From: a virus
DNA: 64,000 nucleotides
Reading direction: 5' to 3' (one strand)
Virus record (IMG/VR): IMGVR_UViG_3300034062_003747
Location: 1 to 64,000 of that record
Positions 28,737 through 38,627 of this stretch are shown one piece after another; position 1 is the first letter of the stretch, and every line of letters begins with the position of its first letter. Under the pieces are notes generated by a model that had not been told where the DNA came from, did no database searches, and saw nothing but the letters and a program-made list of their open reading frames with translations. Made by a program: the position numbers and the translations under genes.

Positions 28737-30754
28737 TAAACAACCCTCCCTTTAATATCTTTTGCCGGAAACTTAACTTCAAATATTGATGGGTCTAATG
28801 ATGGGTACACCATTTTACCTTTTGTTGCTTCTGCAATGTTATATGAATTACTCGAATATTGGCCTAAACATTTATTTACTATTTCACATTTTGGAACTGA
28901 TTGAACTCCTTCTATTCCTGCAATTAATAATTCTAATTCACTTATGTTAATTGCCATATTAAATGTCCAATCATCTATATTAAAGTAATTTGTAACTTCA
29001 TCAATACATCTTACTAATACTTCCCTTTTATTATATCCACTATAAGTTCTAATTTCAAAATCAACCCCAATGTTTATAATATATCCATCCATTAAATTCA
29101 CACCATCTGTCAACAAACGATATTCATTTAAATAAGTTTTAAGATTTTCTTTTAATGCCTGATTTGTTCCAATTTGTACTAAATTCTTATTAGAATTATA
29201 TCCTAAAATATATAAGTTAATTGCAAATGGATTATTCTTTTCGTTTGTATTATTTTTCTTTCCTACTAAAAATTTGTTAACCGCATCTTTAATTTCCATT
29301 TCACTCTTACCTTGTAAACTTGTTACAATATCAGTAAATTCACTTAGAGTATCTGGATTTGCAAGGATAGATGATGGTGAGTTGTTATCCAATTCTCCAT
29401 CCGGTGCACAATATGCTTTAGCAATACCACCATACTTTGCAGGTAGTGATAGGGCTCTTACTTGATAATCTTTACGAGTTACTGCTCTATTTTGAGAACC
29501 AAAGGTTGCCAATGCGTTTTCTCTGATTTCATCGATAGTTTCTGCACCTCTTGCCCCATTTGCTGCTGTTTCGTTTTCAACTGCGATTGACCCTTTAGCA
29601 ACTTTATATGCTGTCAATTCATCTCCACTAAGTGAAATTGTATCTTCATCAAATGAAACGTTTGTTATTCTATTTAATTCACCTTTTGGTGTATTTGCAG
29701 AAATTCCACCTCCTACTAAATACGAAACTGTAATAGTAGTATTAGCAGGTGCCTGGCCGTAACTTCTTGTTTTCAAAAAGTTTGCAGGGTCAAATGATGC
29801 ACCTAAATTATCTATTGATGAATTTAATCCCAATCCCACATTTTTAAAATTTGGTATAAGAGTTTCATCAGATGAGGTAGAATTACCTCCACCAAATACA
29901 ATTGTTGTAGTATTATCGGCGTTTACTTTTGTTACAAACCTACGAGAAGTTTTTACTAATTTTAAAATGTTTGGAACTGAATCTTTGAATTGAACTAAAT
30001 CTTTATCAGTTTGGTTTGATACCGGATAATCAACAAATACCATCTCTTGTGCAAGATATGGAACTTCATACCATTTATTTCCACTACTATCTCTTACATC
30101 ATATATTTGAATTATATTTGTTTCTGCCAAATCTATTTTTGAAAATTCTTGTGCAGTTCCAAATGTAATATCTATTGTCTTTAATTCTGCAGAGATTGCG
30201 TTAACGTACTTTTTAACTAAATAAAAGGTTGGTTCACCATCGGCATCTTTTCTATATATTGTAATTTCTCTCTCATCTTCAACACTAAAATCTAATAATT
30301 CAGTTGTTCTAAATAGTGTACCGGTTGTATTTGCTTCTACTACCATTCCCTCTTTGATTCTAAGGAAATACTCAGAATTAGGTCTGTTATTAGCCCCTCT
30401 ACCTATATTTGGAACTAATTGATAAACTGATAATCTTACTAATGCAGGTGATGTTACTTTTGGTTTGTATCCTAAATATTGTGCAAGTGCGATAACATTT
30501 TCTTTATCCTCTGCGTATAACATTAAGGATTCTTTTAATGTATCATCGATATAATACCCCAAAACATCTCCAATATACGATGCCATTTCGATGAACATCA
30601 TACCTGGTGAGGTTTCGTTAAAATCTGAATATGTTTGTGGGAAATAAGTTTTTGCGTACTCAATTAAGTTTTGACGGAAACCGGCAAAATCTTTATTAAG
30701 ATATTTTATATCTCTACCTTGATTACTTTTTCTTGTTATACTATTTAATGCCAT
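28736..30754 (-). CDS. Baseplate wedge subunit (T4 gp6-like/baseplate J)
   Basis: DFAGFRQNL...YSDFNETSPGMMFIEMASY; GAETIDEIR...QNRAVTRKDY; directly downstream of gp25. Confidence 0.85.
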   Translation of the reverse strand: MALNSITRKSNQGRDIKYLNKDFAGFRQNLIEYAKTYFPQTYSDFNETSPGMMFIEMASYIGDVLGYYIDDTLKESLMLYAEDKENVIALAQYLGYKPKVTSPALVRLSVYQLVPNIGRGANNRPNSEYFLRIKEGMVVEANTTGTLFRTTELLDFSVEDEREITIYRKDADGEPTFYLVKKYVNAISAELKTIDITFGTAQEFSKIDLAETNIIQIYDVRDSSGNKWYEVPYLAQEMVFVDYPVSNQTDKDLVQFKDSVPNILKLVKTSRRFVTKVNADNTTTIVFGGGNSTSSDETLIPNFKNVGLGLNSSIDNLGASFDPANFLKTRSYGQAPANTTITVSYLVGGGISANTPKGELNRITNVSFDEDTISLSGDELTAYKVAKGSIAVENETAANGARGAETIDEIRENALATFGSQNRAVTRKDYQVRALSLPAKYGGIAKAYCAPDGELDNNSPSSILANPDTLSEFTDIVTSLQGKSEMEIKDAVNKFLVGKKNNTNEKNNPFAINLYILGYNSNKNLVQIGTNQALKENLKTYLNEYRLLTDGVNLMDGYIINIGVDFEIRTYSGYNKREVLVRCIDEVTNYFNIDDWTFNMAINISELELLIAGIEGVQSVPKCEIVNKCLGQYSSNSYNIAEATKGKMVYPSLDPSIFEVKFPAKDIKGRVV

Positions 30755-30759
30755 TATTA

Positions 30760-31191
30760 TTATCCCCTAACTGTAAAAGTTATTTCTTGTGTTTCAATTG
30801 TATTTCCGACCGTAAACTGAATTGTCATCCGTGCTGTGTGGTTATCCTTCATAGCATCAGTCATTTCTACATCAATTTCTTCAATATTAATATATGGTAA
30901 CCAATAACTGACAGTTTGGGTGATTACATCTTGTAATCGGTCTTCAAACGTATCATCCATTGGTTCAAACAAAAGTGATTGTAATCCCGTACCAAACTCT
31001 GGTTGCATTATCCTCTCACCCTTTGCCGTTAATAGTAAATTTTTTAAATTAGCTTTTGCTTGTTCGAAAGATGTAAAGGCTTGTTCAAAATAACCAGTAT
31101 TACCCTTTTTAATGGGTAAAGTTATCCCGTATGCGTAAGAATCAAATTCTTTCGTATCCTTTACAATTTTACTACCAAGTACATAAGCCAT
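30760..31191 (-). CDS. Baseplate wedge protein gp25-like
   Basis: NLKNLLLTAKGERIMQPEFGTGL...LFEP motif. Confidence 0.9.
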   Translation of the reverse strand: MAYVLGSKIVKDTKEFDSYAYGITLPIKKGNTGYFEQAFTSFEQAKANLKNLLLTAKGERIMQPEFGTGLQSLLFEPMDDTFEDRLQDVITQTVSYWLPYINIEEIDVEMTDAMKDNHTARMTIQFTVGNTIETQEITFTVRG

Positions 31192-31192
31192 A

Positions 31193-31822
31193 TTATTTCT
31201 TAAACCTCTTAACTAATTCCGAATTATCTCTATTTAAAATTCTGTCTAATCCTGCTAATCCAGTCGTAACACCTAACCCACCTTTTTTAATACCACTTCC
31301 TCCCATATCTCCATAACCCATTTTAGAAGCCATTTGACTTCTCATTGTTTCAATCCCACCTTGTGCTCCACCTCTGTACGATATTGTTTCATCTATATCA
31401 GGTTCCGCATCCATATAATTTGGAATGTGTGAATTTGCGTAACCCTCATTTATTGGTTGTTCCATTTGGTAATTATCTAAAATAGATGAACCACCTCCCA
31501 CCTGTCCCGCACTTCTTTGTGCAGCAGTAAATGGTTTAGTTTGATTTAATATTTCATTTATAGTTGAATTTCTACTCAATTGTTTTACTGGTTGAACTTG
31601 TCTTACTTCTTCTTTAATAGTAGTAGTTGTTCTATCTTTTTCTAATAATAGAGTTGCCAATTCAAACGGGTCAACTTCCTCCAAAATATCTTTTTTAGGT
31701 TTTGGAGCAGGAGTTTCGTTTAATAATTTACTAACTTCCTCTTTAATCATTTTAGGAAGCTGTTTCTTAATTTCTTGTTCTACAACTAATTTTATCAGTT
31801 GTGCTAATTTTTTAGAATCCAT
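31193..31822 (-). CDS. Hypothetical (probable virion/internal) protein
   Basis: Follows a late-motif copy (31846-31854); contains several (I/L)xE motifs and ILNQT. Confidence 0.5.
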   Translation of the reverse strand: MDSKKLAQLIKLVVEQEIKKQLPKMIKEEVSKLLNETPAPKPKKDILEEVDPFELATLLLEKDRTTTTIKEEVRQVQPVKQLSRNSTINEILNQTKPFTAAQRSAGQVGGGSSILDNYQMEQPINEGYANSHIPNYMDAEPDIDETISYRGGAQGGIETMRSQMASKMGYGDMGGSGIKKGGLGVTTGLAGLDRILNRDNSELVKRFKK

Positions 31823-31845
31823 TTTTAAAATATTTGTTAACTTAG

Positions 31846-31854
31846 TATAAATAT
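31846..31854 (-). promoter_or_regulatory. Putative late promoter motif ATATTTATA
   Basis: Intergenic, 23 nt upstream of the ATG at 31822. Confidence 0.5.
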
Positions 31855-31876
31855 ATCGTTTGAGTATTTTGCATTT

Positions 31877-32860
31877 TTATGAGTACAAATTGGGGTTTTC
31901 TTTTAATTTTTTCCAATATCCACAAAACTTTTGTTTCCTATCCTCTAATCCATTATACCCACCATTGATTCGTTTTGTAATATATTTTAATGTTCCCATT
32001 GAATCATCTACTGCTGCTTCATTTAATTTACGCGTTCTCCAAAACCAACAAGCAGTTTCTGCAACATATTTTTTTTCAACCAATGTAGAATTTTCAACCA
32101 CATCATCAGATACTCCTTTTCTAAATTGACTATAATTTGCTCGACCTGTAAGTTGAATATAACCTCTACCTGCATATCTAAACCCATCACCCGCTTGTAA
32201 ATTACCCAAATCCTTTCTACCCTCATATCTTTGTTGAGTTGCCGATGGGCCCCATATTTCTTTTGTATAAATAAAATTACCACTCTCGTGTGCACATTGG
32301 GCTAGAAAGTGTGCCTTTTGTAAAGGAGTAGTTATACCCCACTTCCTCATAGCCTGAATAACAACTTGTGGTGGTTCTTTTAGTTTTATATTTCCGCATT
32401 CTTCAATCTTTTCAGAATTAGAAGCGTTTGATACGGCAGAATTATCTTCATTATTTTGTGGTGTATTATTACCATCATTATTTCTAACTGCAGGACTTGA
32501 TTGTGGTTGACCACTTAAACCTGCTGAGGTTGATTCGTTTATACCATATCCCTTTTCAGTAGCATCATCTGCTATAACTTCTTGTTCCGGTGATAATTTT
32601 ATAGCCTCTTCAACTTGTTTTTGTTCTGCTGCTTTTTCTTCAGGTGTTGCTGGTATATCATTACTACCTCCGGCCGGAACACCTTTCCCTGCAGGTGGTA
32701 TTGTATAACCAACAAATGGAACTGCACCCGGCCCAGGTGTTAATAGTGGTGGATATAACGAAGTGGTTAAATACATTCCTTGAATAGTGGGCAGATGGGT
32801 TTGAATTGATGCAATCAATTGGTCTAAAAATACTGCCGAATCATTTGTTGGTTTTGCCAT
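31877..32860 (-). CDS. Baseplate-associated GH19 family lysozyme/chitinase-like hydrolase
   Basis: AHFLAQCAHESG, GRGYIQLTGRANY and INGGYNGLEDR GH19 motifs. Confidence 0.9.
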   Translation of the reverse strand: MAKPTNDSAVFLDQLIASIQTHLPTIQGMYLTTSLYPPLLTPGPGAVPFVGYTIPPAGKGVPAGGSNDIPATPEEKAAEQKQVEEAIKLSPEQEVIADDATEKGYGINESTSAGLSGQPQSSPAVRNNDGNNTPQNNEDNSAVSNASNSEKIEECGNIKLKEPPQVVIQAMRKWGITTPLQKAHFLAQCAHESGNFIYTKEIWGPSATQQRYEGRKDLGNLQAGDGFRYAGRGYIQLTGRANYSQFRKGVSDDVVENSTLVEKKYVAETACWFWRTRKLNEAAVDDSMGTLKYITKRINGGYNGLEDRKQKFCGYWKKLKENPNLYS

Positions 32861-32882
32861 TTCGTTTAACTATATTATAATT

Positions 32883-34130
32883 TTATTTTTTATCCACACA
32901 AGTTGGAGGAATTACAAAACCAGAAATAGTTGATACTTTTGGAGTTTTTACAAAACATCCACATCCATTTCTATTGAAGCCACCACCGCCAGTATTTCCT
33001 TCTATTGTAGTTATTTTACCATCTTTTGATATTGCTGCTACAACTCCAATATGATGTTCCTTGCCTTCAGGTCCATACAACGCTGCAGCTCCTATTTTTG
33101 GAGTTTTACTATATGTACCATTTTTTTTACCCCATATAGCCCAATTTTTACACGATGCAGCACCAGGAGGAGTTTTTAACCCCGCAGACTTCCACCAAGC
33201 AGTTACAGCAGATGCACACCAATAATATCCCTCACCTGTTGCTCGGACCTGTCCCTGATTATCTAAACCCGTTAGTTGAACCATTATATCAATACGACCA
33301 GGTTTACCCGGCGGGGTCTCTCCTCCCGCTTGATTTCCTCCATAGTTCAATCCTGCACCTTTATTTGCCTTCGTGCCGGTTTCTAATATACCAACATCTT
33401 TTTTGGCAAATTCAACTATCTTTAATCCAATAGGACATGAAGTATCAACATTACCATCAATTTTAACCGGAGTTGAATTTATAGGTTCATTTGATTCTAT
33501 TGAACTTGCTTGTCTTGTATCAATTTCTTTTTGTGTTTTATCAATATATTCTCTAGCACCATCACGTTGTTCTTCCGTTGCACCGGAATTATTAATTGTG
33601 TTAGATGCCCTTTTAATTTCTTCTTTTTTCACCTCAATATCTTCATCTGATAATTCATATGGGTCTTCAAATACTTTTCCAGTAGGTGCAGTAACAGCAG
33701 TATCGGTTGGTTTTATTAATACAGGTTCTAAACTTTGCATATCAGTTGGTTGCCAAGTTCCGGGATTTGTAATCATACTACTAACTGTCACAATATTTAT
33801 AATTGCACCGGGAGATGGTATGATTGGAGGTGGGACTTGACTCATCGTTGCACCTGTCCAATAAGCTAGAAACGCAGGACCCATATTAGTAATAATAGGA
33901 TGTTCACCTGATGGTTGTTGAAATGCGGTTGCAAGAATACCATTTAAGGTACTCTCCATTAATTCAGTATTACCCTTTGCAACTGTAATATTATTAACGG
34001 AATCAAATCCTCGTTTAACTGCCATATCATATTCTAATGTAAGTTTTTTTGCAAAAGCACCATAGGAATTAATTCCTGCTTGGTTTTGCATATAACTCAA
34101 CATATTTTGTTTGAATATTTCTAATGACAT
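32883..34130 (-). CDS. Baseplate-associated protein with C-terminal CHAP peptidoglycan hydrolase domain
   Basis: WCASAV (catalytic Cys), HIGVV (His) and TIEGNT. Confidence 0.85.
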   Translation of the reverse strand: MSLEIFKQNMLSYMQNQAGINSYGAFAKKLTLEYDMAVKRGFDSVNNITVAKGNTELMESTLNGILATAFQQPSGEHPIITNMGPAFLAYWTGATMSQVPPPIIPSPGAIINIVTVSSMITNPGTWQPTDMQSLEPVLIKPTDTAVTAPTGKVFEDPYELSDEDIEVKKEEIKRASNTINNSGATEEQRDGAREYIDKTQKEIDTRQASSIESNEPINSTPVKIDGNVDTSCPIGLKIVEFAKKDVGILETGTKANKGAGLNYGGNQAGGETPPGKPGRIDIMVQLTGLDNQGQVRATGEGYYWCASAVTAWWKSAGLKTPPGAASCKNWAIWGKKNGTYSKTPKIGAAALYGPEGKEHHIGVVAAISKDGKITTIEGNTGGGGFNRNGCGCFVKTPKVSTISGFVIPPTCVDKK

Positions 34131-34131
34131 C

Positions 34132-35400
34132 TTATTCAGTAAAATTTAAAGTTGATTTGAATTTTTCCAATCTACCTTTAATATCGTTAAATGTACCTCT
34201 ATTTTCAGGACCAGTTGCAGTCGGACCAGAAGGGGTTTTAAATATTTGTGCATTAATTGCATCAATAAGTTCTCCCAATAATCCTTGTAAGGTTTCTCCC
34301 CTTACTAATGGTTCGGCATCACTTTCGGTATTAAGATATATCTGTCCTTTACCACCTAAAATGTAAGTATTGTTATCATTTGTAGTAACCCTAACATCTC
34401 CATTAAAATCTAAGTCTGCACCAGCTTTACCATTATCAATTGACATTTTACCATCTGATATAAATCCATAATTTCCTTTTGAATAGAAAATCATTTCTTT
34501 AGATTTAGCAGATATTATAATTCTTTCGGAATTTACTAATAACTGGTCATTGCCTTTTAGTTCTGATGGGTATGATTCAAAATGAGTTGGTTTAGTTTCA
34601 AAATTTGAAGAACCACCATCATCTATAATACCCGGTTGAAAATTTAATTTATAATCACCTGATGTAATTGCAATAGTTGTTCCATCTTTATTTACATCCT
34701 CTTCAGTCAGTTCACCTTTTTTAAGTTTACTAAGTGATTCACTATTTTGTCTATTTCTTAAAATAATAGTTGGTGCAAATTTTCTATCCGTACCTTCTCC
34801 ATTATTATATCCACTAAAACGAATTGATTGACCAAAACGAGATTGAATTATTTTATCACCTTCATATAATTTTAGAGGATTAACTTGTTGTTCTTTAAAA
34901 TATTTACCGATTTCTGTTTTTCTATCATCCGTACCACCTCCACCACTTGGAGTACCGGTTGTATTTGCAGTATTATATTCAGTTGAACCTCCTGCTGCAG
35001 GTGGTTGTGTTTGGGGATAGGTTTTTACATCTATATCCGTTCTAGCATTACCAATATTAATATTTCCGGTAATAGTTCTTTTATAGTGTAATCTACCAGC
35101 AATATCTATAAGTTGAACCGTCTCACCTACTAATGGTATACCCTCCTCTACGTTAAATGGAGGATATGCTTTATTTTTTTTAGTAGATGATGTAGCATCT
35201 CCCAATGGTCTAATTGCAGCAAATCCAATATTAGATGTGTTCTTTTGTTCTACCTGACTGAAATCATATTTAAGTAATAAATCACTTGTATCATCTAATA
35301 TAATATCTACAACAATACCAGTTTCACCTGCTCCATTAGAACCTGCTACGGAGTCAGAATTGAATCCACTATTTGATATACCTAATCTACTATTAGCCAT
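34132..35400 (-). CDS. Baseplate hub/central spike (gp5-like)
   Basis: N-terminal OB-like PLVGETV, EGDKIIQSRFGQSIRF, beta-helical middle and a C-terminal EPLVRGE...TPSGPT; located upstream of gp25/gp6. Confidence 0.7.
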   Translation of the reverse strand: MANSRLGISNSGFNSDSVAGSNGAGETGIVVDIILDDTSDLLLKYDFSQVEQKNTSNIGFAAIRPLGDATSSTKKNKAYPPFNVEEGIPLVGETVQLIDIAGRLHYKRTITGNINIGNARTDIDVKTYPQTQPPAAGGSTEYNTANTTGTPSGGGGTDDRKTEIGKYFKEQQVNPLKLYEGDKIIQSRFGQSIRFSGYNNGEGTDRKFAPTIILRNRQNSESLSKLKKGELTEEDVNKDGTTIAITSGDYKLNFQPGIIDDGGSSNFETKPTHFESYPSELKGNDQLLVNSERIIISAKSKEMIFYSKGNYGFISDGKMSIDNGKAGADLDFNGDVRVTTNDNNTYILGGKGQIYLNTESDAEPLVRGETLQGLLGELIDAINAQIFKTPSGPTATGPENRGTFNDIKGRLEKFKSTLNFTE

Positions 35401-35810
35401 TACTTCTTAATTTTTTGTTTTATCTCTTCTACTTCATTTGTCAATTCATCAACCTTAGCATCTTGTTCATCTTTTACCTCTAAGACAGTTATTTCAATTT
35501 CTCTTAATAATTGTTCTTTTTCAGCATCAGATAAAAATCCAACATCTCCTTCAGATTTTGAATTTGCACTAATTATTCTTTGTGCAATTGCTGCAAGTTT
35601 TATTAGAGAATCATCATTCCTAACCGATACATCGACTAGGTCTTTTATGATTGGCCCAATAACTGCCATATCACCAGCGTGACGAATAATATTTTTCATT
35701 TCTGCTATTAATTCAGAAATTCTTTTTCTTTTGTTTTGTTGGTTATCATAGATGTCTTTAAACAATCCACTTAAATCCTTACCAGGAAATAACTCAAAAT
35801 TTATACTCAT
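35400..35810 (-). CDS. Hypothetical helical protein
   Basis: The ATG at 35810 is preferred because the longer frame would overlap the late motif and terminator. Confidence 0.65.
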   Translation of the reverse strand: MSINFELFPGKDLSGLFKDIYDNQQNKRKRISELIAEMKNIIRHAGDMAVIGPIIKDLVDVSVRNDDSLIKLAAIAQRIISANSKSEGDVGFLSDAEKEQLLREIEITVLEVKDEQDAKVDELTNEVEEIKQKIKK

Positions 35811-35832
35811 ATTTTTATGATTAAGTTCATTA

Positions 35833-35841
35833 TATAAATAT
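35833..35841 (-). promoter_or_regulatory. Putative late promoter motif ATATTTATA heading the baseplate operon
   Basis: Immediately after a terminator and 22 nt upstream of the ATG at 35810. Confidence 0.55.
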
Positions 35842-35848
35842 AAGGAAT

Positions 35849-35876
35849 AAAAAAACCCCATTTTAGTGGGGTTTTT
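35849..35876. terminator. Rho-independent terminator (possibly bidirectional)
   Basis: AAAAACCCCA-TTTTAG-TGGGGTTTTT hairpin. Confidence 0.8.
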
Positions 35877-35881
35877 CTTAT

Positions 35882-35986
35882 TTAAGATTTCTTTTTATAA
35901 TTTCCTTTTTTCTGCTGTTCTGATACTGTCTTTTTAGCAATTTTTTTTCGGTTCTTATCTTTTACCTCTTTTTTTGTGGTTGCCAT
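35882..35986 (-). CDS. Very basic 34-aa micro-protein
   Basis: Translated by hand: MATTKKEVKDKNRKKIAKKTVSEQQKKGNYKKKS. Fills the gap between 35991 and the terminator. Confidence 0.55.
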   Translation of the reverse strand: MATTKKEVKDKNRKKIAKKTVSEQQKKGNYKKKS

Positions 35987-35990
35987 TGCG

Positions 35991-36818
35991 TTATTCCTTT
36001 TCTAGTTTGTTTATAATAATTTTTATTTTAGGAGTATATCCTTTAGGTAGTTTATTGATAATTCCGTTAAAAGATTTGATTTTATGGTCGTAATAGTTTA
36101 CCTCTAATATGGTTTCGGTTAAGTTCATTATAGTTTGAGATGATGTCCACATTTTAGGAGTATCCTTTCTCATATTCAATACACTATCTTTTTTAAAGAA
36201 TTGTTTTCTTAATGCAATACCTACTTGTTTCCAATCGGTAATTTTATCAATTATCTTTTCAGCACTTAATTTTCTCATTTTAGAACTTAAATACTTTTTA
36301 CCATCAGAATAACCCGTACCAACATAAACATGCCCGTGATTTGTTCTAACAACTGGACTCTCCGTATTTTGTAATTCTAATTGAGGTTTAAGATTTGGTA
36401 TATTTTCAACACTTACCATTTGTTTAGGGGTAGAAATAAATGTATGACCGGTTAATCCTTTTTTCTTGTTTCCTTTCCAAACTATTGTTGCTTTGATTGC
36501 TTCTTTAAGAGTTTTCTTTGAGAATATACTTCTCATCTTTGCACCATCTGCACCATACCCTCTCATATTTTGAATTAACTTTCCTTCCGCCTCATCGTAT
36601 CCAACTAAAAGGGCTGAATTAACTACTCCTAATCCATACTCGTTCATTCCCTCACTCCAATCAGTTACCTCATCGTGTAAATAGGCAACTTCAACTCCAT
36701 CAATTAATTCGTGGATTACTTCTAATTTAGGATGATACCCTCTATCGCGATTCTTTGCTAAAATAAATTTATCATCTATTTCTTTAGAAACTATAATACA
36801 TTCTTGTATGATATTCAT
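35991..36818 (-). CDS. Ntn-hydrolase (C45/choloylglycine hydrolase-like) family protein
   Basis: C-I-I-V...AKNRD N-terminal nucleophile motif, EGMNEYGL and RTNH. Confidence 0.7.
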   Translation of the reverse strand: MNIIQECIIVSKEIDDKFILAKNRDRGYHPKLEVIHELIDGVEVAYLHDEVTDWSEGMNEYGLGVVNSALLVGYDEAEGKLIQNMRGYGADGAKMRSIFSKKTLKEAIKATIVWKGNKKKGLTGHTFISTPKQMVSVENIPNLKPQLELQNTESPVVRTNHGHVYVGTGYSDGKKYLSSKMRKLSAEKIIDKITDWKQVGIALRKQFFKKDSVLNMRKDTPKMWTSSQTIMNLTETILEVNYYDHKIKSFNGIINKLPKGYTPKIKIIINKLEKE

Positions 36819-36874
36819 TTTAGGTGTTCGTATGAGTTGGTTACAAATCTCTATAATAAATATAGTTATAAATA

Positions 36875-36896
36875 AAAAAAGGAGATAAACTCCTTT
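36875..36896 (-). terminator. Rho-independent terminator
   Basis: AAAGGAG-ATAAA-CTCCTTT hairpin with a U-run on the minus strand, after the carbamoyltransferase. Confidence 0.7.
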
Positions 36897-36911
36897 CTTA
36901 TTAATTCTATT

Positions 36912-38627
36912 CTATTTTATTTTTTTCTTAACGATATAGTTGTTAAGAACTAAGGTATCCATATCACAATCTAAAAATGTATCTATTGCATCTTTGGGGG
37001 TGTTTACAATGGTCTTATCTTTGACGTTGAATGATGTATTCAAAACAATTGGATACCCATTATCAATTTCTAATTGGTCAAGTAATTTGTGAATTCTATA
37101 ATGTTGTTTACGGCTAATAGTTTGAATTCTAGCAGAACCATCTATATGTGTAATTGCTGGTAACTTTTTTCTATGTTCTTCTTTTACACTCACTACTTGA
37201 TTCATATATGGAACAGAGTGTTTATAATCAAAATATTTTGTAAATACTTCTAGTTTTACTATTGGTGCAAAAGGTCTAAAACCTTCTCTCTTTTTAATTA
37301 CCTTATTTACTCTTGCTTTCATTTGTGGGTCTCTAGGATTTGCAAGTATAGAACGATTACCTAATGCTCTTGAACCAAATTCCATTCTACCTTCATACCA
37401 ACCAATAACATTACCATTTGTAATTTCTTTCGAAATAATTTCAATTAGTTCTGAGTGGTTTTTATATTCATACCAAACATCATCTTTAAAATTTTCTAAT
37501 TCTGTTAAAAATTCATCATTTGATTGATATGGTCCTAAATATGGATTTGAATTATCCACTTTAGTTGCCGTTTGGTTATGTCTGTAATAATATTCTAATG
37601 CGGCACCAATAGATGAACCGGCATCAGATGGTGCAGGTGGAATCCATAATTGTTTATATCGGGTTTCTTTAAAAATCTTTCCGTTTGCAGTTCCATTATA
37701 TGCACAACCACCACTCAAACACAAATTGTTTGTTGCTTTAATAAAAAACATTTTATTTAATAGTTTAAAAAAATATTTTTCATATTGTGATTGAATTGTT
37801 GCTGCTAAATCTTTATGTTGTTGTGTTAACTCTTCTTCTGGTAATCTATTTGGAAACCCAAATAAATTTCCTAATTTTTCGTTAAACATTGCTGAATCCG
37901 AATAGTCGTATTCAAAATATTCCATATTAATTTCAAACCCATCATCGTCTGTTGGTTTAATTAAATTTGAATATTGTTCAGAATATATTTCAGAATTACC
38001 ATATCCTGCTAATCCCATTACCTTATATTCACCTTCGTTTGGTTTAAATCCTAAAAAAGCAGTCATAGCAGAATATAACATTCCTAATGAATGTGGAAAC
38101 TTTATACTTTGCATTTTAATAATTAAGTTTTGTTCCGCATAAGCCATAACTACTGTATCCCATTCTCCCACCCCATCGACTGATATAATTGCTGTTTTAT
38201 CAAATGGTGATGTATAATATGAATATGCTATATGTGACATATGATGGTCACCATATTCTAAGATTATAGTTGGATTCGTAATCTCATATATTTTAGATTC
38301 AATTTCTTTAGCCTGTTGTTTATTTGAATCAATAATAGTTTTTCGTTTGAAGAAATTAATTAATCCGCCTCGTTTAGTAGATTCTTCAATTCGTTGTAAT
38401 TTTATTTTCGGGTTTTCATAAAATGCAACTACTGATATATCATCACCAGTAATATTATTGACATCATATAACCATTTAATTGCATTGGATGGAAATGAGG
38501 CATCATGTTTAATACCTGTAAATCTTTCTTCCTCTACCGCACCAATAACTTTTCCATCTAATATTAATGCAGCAGATGCATCGTGATAACCACATGCAAT
38601 GCCTAAAATATATTTTTTATTCATCAT
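36912..38627 (-). CDS. Carbamoyltransferase (CmcH/NodU family)
   Basis: HDASAAL, EEERF, HHMSH, DGVGE, GGCAYN, EFGSRALGNRS, KKREGFRPFAP and LNTSFN motifs. Confidence 0.95.
   Translation of the reverse strand: MMNKKYILGIACGYHDASAALILDGKVIGAVEEERFTGIKHDASFPSNAIKWLYDVNNITGDDISVVAFYENPKIKLQRIEESTKRGGLINFFKRKTIIDSNKQQAKEIESKIYEITNPTIILEYGDHHMSHIAYSYYTSPFDKTAIISVDGVGEWDTVVMAYAEQNLIIKMQSIKFPHSLGMLYSAMTAFLGFKPNEGEYKVMGLAGYGNSEIYSEQYSNLIKPTDDDGFEINMEYFEYDYSDSAMFNEKLGNLFGFPNRLPEEELTQQHKDLAATIQSQYEKYFFKLLNKMFFIKATNNLCLSGGCAYNGTANGKIFKETRYKQLWIPPAPSDAGSSIGAALEYYYRHNQTATKVDNSNPYLGPYQSNDEFLTELENFKDDVWYEYKNHSELIEIISKEITNGNVIGWYEGRMEFGSRALGNRSILANPRDPQMKARVNKVIKKREGFRPFAPIVKLEVFTKYFDYKHSVPYMNQVVSVKEEHRKKLPAITHIDGSARIQTISRKQHYRIHKLLDQLEIDNGYPIVLNTSFNVKDKTIVNTPKDAIDTFLDCDMDTLVLNNYIVKKKIK

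Noticed and set aside
35811-35861. N-terminal extension MGFFYSLYLY... of the 35400 ORF
   Set aside because: It overlaps a terminator hairpin and the late-promoter motif; the ATG at 35810 is more plausible.
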